Source of the DNA: Desulfobacterales bacterium
GTDB lineage: Bacteria > Desulfobacterota > Desulfobacteria > Desulfobacterales > UBA5616
Length of the DNA stretch: 64,000 bases
Direction of reading: 5' to 3'
NCBI GenBank assembly: GCA_046483495.1
Contig: JAWODC010000088.1
Coordinates: 1 to 64,000, forward strand
The position numbers were made by a program, and so were the translations under genes. The notes beneath the pieces are model-generated. The model did no database searches. It was not told the origin of the DNA and saw nothing but the letters and a program-made list of their open reading frames with translations. Of the stretch, positions 58,628 to 64,000 are shown in pieces (the first letter of the stretch is position 1; each line of letters starts with the position of its first letter).

Positions 58628-61332
58628 TTCTGCAATCGATTGCCCTGTCGGGTTGGCGGTGCTTTTTGGACGAAATCACGGTCGGTCCTTTTTCAGACCG
58701 GCTCAATGTTATTTCCGGACCGAACGGTATCGGAAAATCGACACTGTTCGAGGCACTTCGCCGCGTATTGATGGATAGTTATTCGGTTACCGGTCAGGAT
58801 ATCGGTACCATCCGGCCCTGGGGAAGAGCTCTTTCACCTAGAGTCAGCGTTACATTTAAACACGATGATACCCGGTACAAAGTTACCAAGCAATTTCTCG
58901 ACAGCAGTTTTGCCCGGTTGGAAAGAAAAGAAGACGGCGTTTACCGCCCTCTCGCCGAAGGAAGGCAAGCCGATGAGCAAGTTCGAGAGCTGCTTTCCAA
59001 AAACCCTCCGGGTCGCGGCCTTTCCCAGGCCCGGAACTGGGGGCTGGCCCAGGTGCTGTGGGCGCCCCAAGGCGGGTTGGAACTCATCGATCTTTCCGGG
59101 GATGTGGTTTCGGATATTCGGACCGTACTGGGAATCCAGGTGTCGGATAAAAGCTCAGGTCCCCTTGAGCGGAAACTTTTCGAGATCCATGAACGCTATT
59201 ATACGCGACAGGGCCGCGTCAAATCCGGCAGGGGGGCACCGCCGATAGTCGACTTGAATGAATCTCTCAATCAGTCCGAACAACGTCGAAAAGAGGCACT
59301 GGAGGCACTGCAACGTTGTGAAGAAATATCCCGAAAAGTGGAGGAACTGGGTGCGCGACATCACCAGCTGAGCTTGGATGCCGATGAACTCACCCAATCC
59401 ATAAAAAATAACCGCGCGCGTGCTGATCAGTATCGTAGACTCAAAACCGACTGTAAAAACCGAAAAAACGATGTGGAAAAAACAGAAGCGCAACATCAGC
59501 GACTGAAGCAACACCTGGACCTGATCCGTTCGGCCGAAAAAGAATTCAAGGAAAACAAAGGGGAACTCGCCCGGCTGGAGACCGAGATGCCGCTTAAACA
59601 TCATGAGGTGGAAACGAGAGAAGAAGAGGCAACCGAAGCCAAAAAGAGGTTGAACACCGTAAGAAAAGGGGACGATATCGTTGCAAAAGCTGAAACAGAT
59701 GCCGATATGGCACGGCAATATCGTGAGATCTCACAGCGGCGGACAGAGCTTACAAAGCGTATTCAGAATATCGAGACGGCTGATAAAAATCTGAACGAAC
59801 GCAAAAAAAAGCGATCGGAATGGGTGGCACCGGATCGTAAGGCCTTAAACCGCATCCGGAAGACAGTCCAGGCAAGAGACGAAGCCCGGCTCTTGATGGA
59901 TTCAGCCATGATCAGCCTTGAGATTACTACGGAAACCGATGGGATTCTGAATGTTTACACCGGGGAGAGCCCCGGGCAGGTGTCTATTACCACCGGCAAA
60001 GCAGCGCTTGTGAAAGGGACCCCTGAAATCATTGCTGAATTGAAAGGCGTGGCCCGGCTCCATGCATCCGGCCCGGTAATGGATATTGAGAAACATCGTC
60101 AAACCTTGCGTGATAAGGAAAAGCAGATCGGCGAGCAGACACGGCCGTTTGGAACTGAGGATATGATCCTTTTGGAAGAACGTACAGAAAAAGCGGAGCA
60201 TCTTGACAGGCAGATAGGTGAGGCGGCCAAGGAACTGGAGGCCCTACTTGGCGAAGACACACTGGATGGTTTGAAGCAGGATATCGTGCATCTTGACGCC
60301 CAGCTTATGGGAATTGAAAAGGAACACCCCGGCTGGAAAGATTCGGCGCCGGATAGCGAGGCATTGAAACGCACGGCTGCTGATTTAAAGCAGGAACATG
60401 CCCGAAAAGTCAGCGCTGAAGAAACAACCTGGGACAATGCTCAGAAAGCCTTGTCATCGGCAAAGGAGCAGGAACAGATCCTAATCGGTAGAGTGGCGGA
60501 CGCGCGGAAAGCGGTTAGGCGGCTTGAAACCCGGCTATCGGATCTAACAAGTGACGGTAAAACAACTCAAGAAAATGAAGCGGAGTTAAACCGGCTTTTG
60601 CTTGATTATGATGCCTGCAAGGCGGCATTAAAAGATCTGGAGGACAGGCTGGATTGCTTTGAAGATGATCCGGAAATGATCCTGGAAAAGTTGGAGAAAA
60701 GTCTAACCGCCGTCCAGGAATCGGTTCAAAATATACGCGATGAGGAACGAAGGGCCATGGGCACCCTGGAGACATTGACAGCTCAGGGGCCCTATTCGAT
60801 ATTGGTAAAGGCCGATGAGGAGGTCGCTCGGATTGAAGAGGAGATTAAGCGGGAAAGCCTACGCATGGATGCGATCAAGCTTCTTTACGACACGGTCCAG
60901 CAGTGCAAAAGCGAAGCAGTGGCTTCGGTGGCAAAACCGGTAGAGGAGACAGCTACACGCCTGCTGCAACGGATTGCAGGGCGGCGGATTGGTCAGATCG
61001 CCATCGGAGAAAATTTTGGACCTTCAGGAACCCGCCCGGAACTGGTCGATTCCCAGGTGGAATTGTCCAACCTGTCAGGTGGGGAGCAGGAACAGCTTTA
61101 TCTGGCAACCCGGTTGGCCCTGGCTGAAGTCCTGGCAAAAAATGAGCGTCAAATGGTGGTACTCGATGATGTGCTGACGGCAACCGATATCGGCCGGCTC
61201 GCCCGGGTGATGACCATCTTGGAGGAGTCCGCCGAGTATCTCCAGATTCTGATTCTGACCTGCCATCCTGAACGTTACAAGGCACTGGCAGGGGCAGAGT
61301 TTTTTGACCTGGAGTCGCTTCTTAAGATGTGA
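58624..61332 (+). CDS. Rad50/SbcC-like coiled-coil ABC ATPase (YhaN-like)
   Basis: Walker A GPNGIGKST, long coiled coils, 'LSGGEQEQ', 'VVLDD', 'LTCH'; overlaps the upstream stop (ATGA). Confidence 0.9.
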   Translation: MILQSIALSGWRCFLDEITVGPFSDRLNVISGPNGIGKSTLFEALRRVLMDSYSVTGQDIGTIRPWGRALSPRVSVTFKHDDTRYKVTKQFLDSSFARLERKEDGVYRPLAEGRQADEQVRELLSKNPPGRGLSQARNWGLAQVLWAPQGGLELIDLSGDVVSDIRTVLGIQVSDKSSGPLERKLFEIHERYYTRQGRVKSGRGAPPIVDLNESLNQSEQRRKEALEALQRCEEISRKVEELGARHHQLSLDADELTQSIKNNRARADQYRRLKTDCKNRKNDVEKTEAQHQRLKQHLDLIRSAEKEFKENKGELARLETEMPLKHHEVETREEEATEAKKRLNTVRKGDDIVAKAETDADMARQYREISQRRTELTKRIQNIETADKNLNERKKKRSEWVAPDRKALNRIRKTVQARDEARLLMDSAMISLEITTETDGILNVYTGESPGQVSITTGKAALVKGTPEIIAELKGVARLHASGPVMDIEKHRQTLRDKEKQIGEQTRPFGTEDMILLEERTEKAEHLDRQIGEAAKELEALLGEDTLDGLKQDIVHLDAQLMGIEKEHPGWKDSAPDSEALKRTAADLKQEHARKVSAEETTWDNAQKALSSAKEQEQILIGRVADARKAVRRLETRLSDLTSDGKTTQENEAELNRLLLDYDACKAALKDLEDRLDCFEDDPEMILEKLEKSLTAVQESVQNIRDEERRAMGTLETLTAQGPYSILVKADEEVARIEEEIKRESLRMDAIKLLYDTVQQCKSEAVASVAKPVEETATRLLQRIAGRRIGQIAIGENFGPSGTRPELVDSQVELSNLSGGEQEQLYLATRLALAEVLAKNERQMVVLDDVLTATDIGRLARVMTILEESAEYLQILILTCHPERYKALAGAEFFDLESLLKM

Positions 61333-61418
61333 GAATAACAATGAAAAGTGACCCTCCGGGCGGCAAACGACCGGTAGTCGCCAGCACGTGCGTTTCCTCG
61401 TCTCAATCGATTCGCATG

Positions 61419-61742
61419 TTAGTATTCTCTTCTGCCGCGTCCTCCGCCTCGATTGGGACCACCCTTGCCGCCCCTATAGCCTCCTCGGCCCCCCCGGTTC
61501 TCAGGTGGGCGCGCTTCGTTGACGTTCAGCGTCCTTCCTTTAAGCTCTTTGCCGCTCAATCCCTCTATGGCGGCCTGAGCCTCGTCTCGAGAGGCCATTT
61601 CCGCGAAGCCGAAGCCTTTGGAACGACCGCTGAATTTATCGTTGATGATGGTGACGGATTCAACCTGCCCAAATTGCTGCAGGACCGATTTCAAGTCTTC
61701 TTCCGTAGTCTCGTAGGATAGATTGCCAAGATATAGCTTCAT
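61419..61742 (-). CDS. RRM RNA-binding protein with Gly/Arg-rich tail
   Basis: RNP2 'LYLGNL', RNP1 'KGFGFAEM', 'VNEARP'. Confidence 0.95.
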   Translation of the reverse strand: MKLYLGNLSYETTEEDLKSVLQQFGQVESVTIINDKFSGRSKGFGFAEMASRDEAQAAIEGLSGKELKGRTLNVNEARPPENRGGRGGYRGGKGGPNRGGGRGRREY

Positions 61743-61916
61743 TTTAATGTTCCCTTTCCCTGGTTTTAAATCGCTGCCGTTTCGCCTGCAGTTTTTTCAG
61801 CCTGTTTCCATTCTCCGGTTTTTTTCTCGCCACCTTGCACGCAGCGGCTTTTTTTCGCATCACACGTTTTTGCGATAGTGTCTTGCGCTTCCTTTTGGCG
61901 CAGGCAGGTTCATCGG

Positions 61917-63401
61917 TCAGCCTGTTTTCCTAAAGGGCGGTGATTTCAATGCTCGCGCATCGGTCAACAGCCACGCCACTGCTTCTGCAGCGGAATAGGA
62001 GCGCTTGTTTTTCAGCAGCCGAGCAACGGAAAGGATGTCCTTTCCTGCCGTGATCAATGCCTTTTCCACATAACCGTCCTGGCGGCATTGACCCAGTCCA
62101 ATATTGGAAAGCAGTGCATTGCACAGGCACTTTTTTTGATCAGTGCTTCCCGGTTTTCCTCCTTTTTTCAAATGGGCGTCGACAGGTTCCGCCGGGCAGC
62201 GGTACCCGATGCTCCCATCCTCCCCGGCATAGATCTCCCGCAGATACCCGAGATCGCATATGCGCGTTCTTCTCAGATACTCGAACGGTTCGGACAGGCT
62301 GTTTTTCAAGCGCATCACTTTGAATGGAAATTGCGTCGGAGAAGCTTTAGCATCCGTAAAAACCGAGGCATCTTCGAGCAGTATGCTTTCGATGGCCTGC
62401 CGCTTCAACAGTTCCGTTAACCCCGCCTCTTTGCAGAAAGCAAACACGGTGCCGGCCTGGATGCCTTGGGCACCTGCAGACAAGGCCTGGGTCAGTTTTT
62501 CGGGGGTTCCCCAGCCGCCGGCGAGCCAGAAAGGAAGGCCAAGGGCCCCGATTTCCGTGATTTCGATATCATCCCGCTCGCCATATACGGGTTCGCCTCC
62601 CTGGGTAAGAACCAGCTTACCTCGAGGGGGGGCGTTGTGTCCGCCGGCCTTGGAAGATTCCACTACAAAACCATCAATGCCTCCCTCCGTTTTTCTTAAT
62701 AGCATTCTGGCCAGGGTAGAAGACGAGATAATAGGGAAAAACCGGGGCCGTTTTAGTTCCTGCGCCTTTTTCGGCAGAAAGGCGCGGGGGCTGAAGTTCA
62801 ATCGGAATCGGTCCGTCCCGATTTTGCCTTGAACATTTATTTTTAGGGAGACATCCTGATGCCTGGACAGACGATCGATCACCGCGGGTATTTCATTCGG
62901 AATGCCCGCCCCCATGAACACGAAATCGACATCGGCCAACATGGCGCCGTAAATAATAAAAATATTCGGCAACTGAATTTTTTCAAGCAGGTTGATGCCG
63001 ACAGCCCGATCATGCCCCTCCTTTGCCAGGAACACTTCGCTGAATGCCGCAATGACGGTCAACTCTTCAAGCAATCGGGGCATCCGGAGGGAGAACATCG
63101 GAGGCGTCTTGAACTGTCCGCCGGGGTGTTTTCCCGACGGCAGAAAGAAGGCCTCCTCGATTCTGCGGACCATTTTTAAATCGGGAAAAAAACTCATCGC
63201 CCGTCGGAGATGGCCGCCCGGATCCCCCATCTGCAGTTTCCGTACGAGTATTTGTTCCAGGGCCGTCCCGGAGACAACGCCCAACTGGCCCGTCAGGGAG
63301 ACGGCCCTGGCCAGGTTCCACCCGGACACGCCGACTCCCATCCCGCCTTGGATGATAGTTGGATAAAACCCCCGATTCGGTGCCTGTATTCTTTGGGTCA
63401 C
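61917..63401 (-). CDS. Nitronate monooxygenase/FabK-like flavoprotein with C-terminal Cys cluster
   Basis: 'IIQGGMGVGVS', 'GAGIP', 'AGGH', 'LAGG', 'QAGT.F'; Cys in 'CDLGYL', 'YRCP', 'CLCN'. Confidence 0.88.
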   Translation of the reverse strand: MTQRIQAPNRGFYPTIIQGGMGVGVSGWNLARAVSLTGQLGVVSGTALEQILVRKLQMGDPGGHLRRAMSFFPDLKMVRRIEEAFFLPSGKHPGGQFKTPPMFSLRMPRLLEELTVIAAFSEVFLAKEGHDRAVGINLLEKIQLPNIFIIYGAMLADVDFVFMGAGIPNEIPAVIDRLSRHQDVSLKINVQGKIGTDRFRLNFSPRAFLPKKAQELKRPRFFPIISSSTLARMLLRKTEGGIDGFVVESSKAGGHNAPPRGKLVLTQGGEPVYGERDDIEITEIGALGLPFWLAGGWGTPEKLTQALSAGAQGIQAGTVFAFCKEAGLTELLKRQAIESILLEDASVFTDAKASPTQFPFKVMRLKNSLSEPFEYLRRTRICDLGYLREIYAGEDGSIGYRCPAEPVDAHLKKGGKPGSTDQKKCLCNALLSNIGLGQCRQDGYVEKALITAGKDILSVARLLKNKRSYSAAEAVAWLLTDARALKSPPFRKTG

Positions 63402-63571
63402 TGGATTTCTCTTGCCAGGGGAAGATACGATAACTGGACCTTGCCGGACGCGGTCCCAATCTCGAGGACAGCTATAAAAAAGGTAAATACCAGTAAAGCG
63501 ACATAGGCAGTATAACCGATTGCCCTGGTTTTCATTTTTTTTTCTGCGATAAGAAAGAGTGCTGACTCATT

Positions 63572-63844
63572 CTAAGTCTTCCGTCCGGGTTTTTTAGGAG
63601 CCTTTCCCTGACTCTTGACTTCCTCTTGCTGACGCAATTTATTTTCGTACGCCATTCTATCGATGATCCGCCTTTGCAGATCCAAGGAGGTGACGATCTC
63701 GCTGCCATCTTCCCAGCGAATGAGCATCGAGTCGTTTTGAATCGATATCACTTCATAAACACCTTTCATGTTTTCGTACATGGCCCCTACTTCGAATCTG
63801 AAGCCATCATCTTCTTTTTCCGACTTTTTTTTGGTTAATCCCAT
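63572..63844 (-). CDS. Hypothetical protein
   Basis: 90-aa ORF with AAGGAG RBS; 'FEVGAMYENMKGVYEV'. Confidence 0.7.
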   Translation of the reverse strand: MGLTKKKSEKEDDGFRFEVGAMYENMKGVYEVISIQNDSMLIRWEDGSEIVTSLDLQRRIIDRMAYENKLRQQEEVKSQGKAPKKPGRKT

Positions 63845-64000
63845 TGTTTACTCCTTTCGGCGCCGCATAATGCTTCTCGCGCGTTCAACCTGTCCGGCCG
63901 GCCGTTGGGCCCCCGCATGAATCGGCCGACGTCAAAACTACTGTCACACCGTCCTGCGGATCACCGGCCTTGTTGGACGGGGCTCTTTGCCCCGCTTGGA

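Overview
Bacterial chromosomal DNA whose gene content (AOR-moaD, yedE-yedF-DUF3343, ExtI-like porin, RRM protein, corrinoid methyltransferases) fits an anaerobic sulfate-reducing Desulfobacterota/Desulfobacterales-type organism; this assignment is an inference. About 57 protein-coding genes are supported. No rRNA, tRNA or CRISPR array was seen. Main blocks in order: ABC transporter + TonB receptor; LbtU-like porin with a DtxR regulator; acyl-CoA dehydrogenase + CoA ligase; two MFS transporters; ahcY-metK-DUF1015; an EctR-like MarR regulator divergent from an 11-kb operon (SAM-dependent sarcosine/dimethylglycine-type methyltransferase, corrinoid protein, two non-pyrrolysine MttB proteins, hydantoinase-like protein, YbaK, RACo activator, DUF1638, methyl-THF:corrinoid methyltransferase); moaD-aor; a yedE selenium/sulfur operon; a MerR-regulated two-subunit B12 acyl-CoA mutase with a CoA ligase; a PimC/D-like dehydrogenase pair; a DUF4143 ATPase; and an Mre11/Rad50-like pair. 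The two strongest candidates for undescribed systems are (1) the B12 mutase, whose substrate-binding and cobalamin-binding motifs match none of the characterised MCM/ICM/HCM/ECM/PCM types as I recall them, and (2) the SDMT + MttB corrinoid operon under an osmoregulator-like MarR, with no GSMT in the window. A dispersed family of ~140-bp palindromic elements and several gene remnants were also found. All family calls are by motif recognition; no database searches were run.
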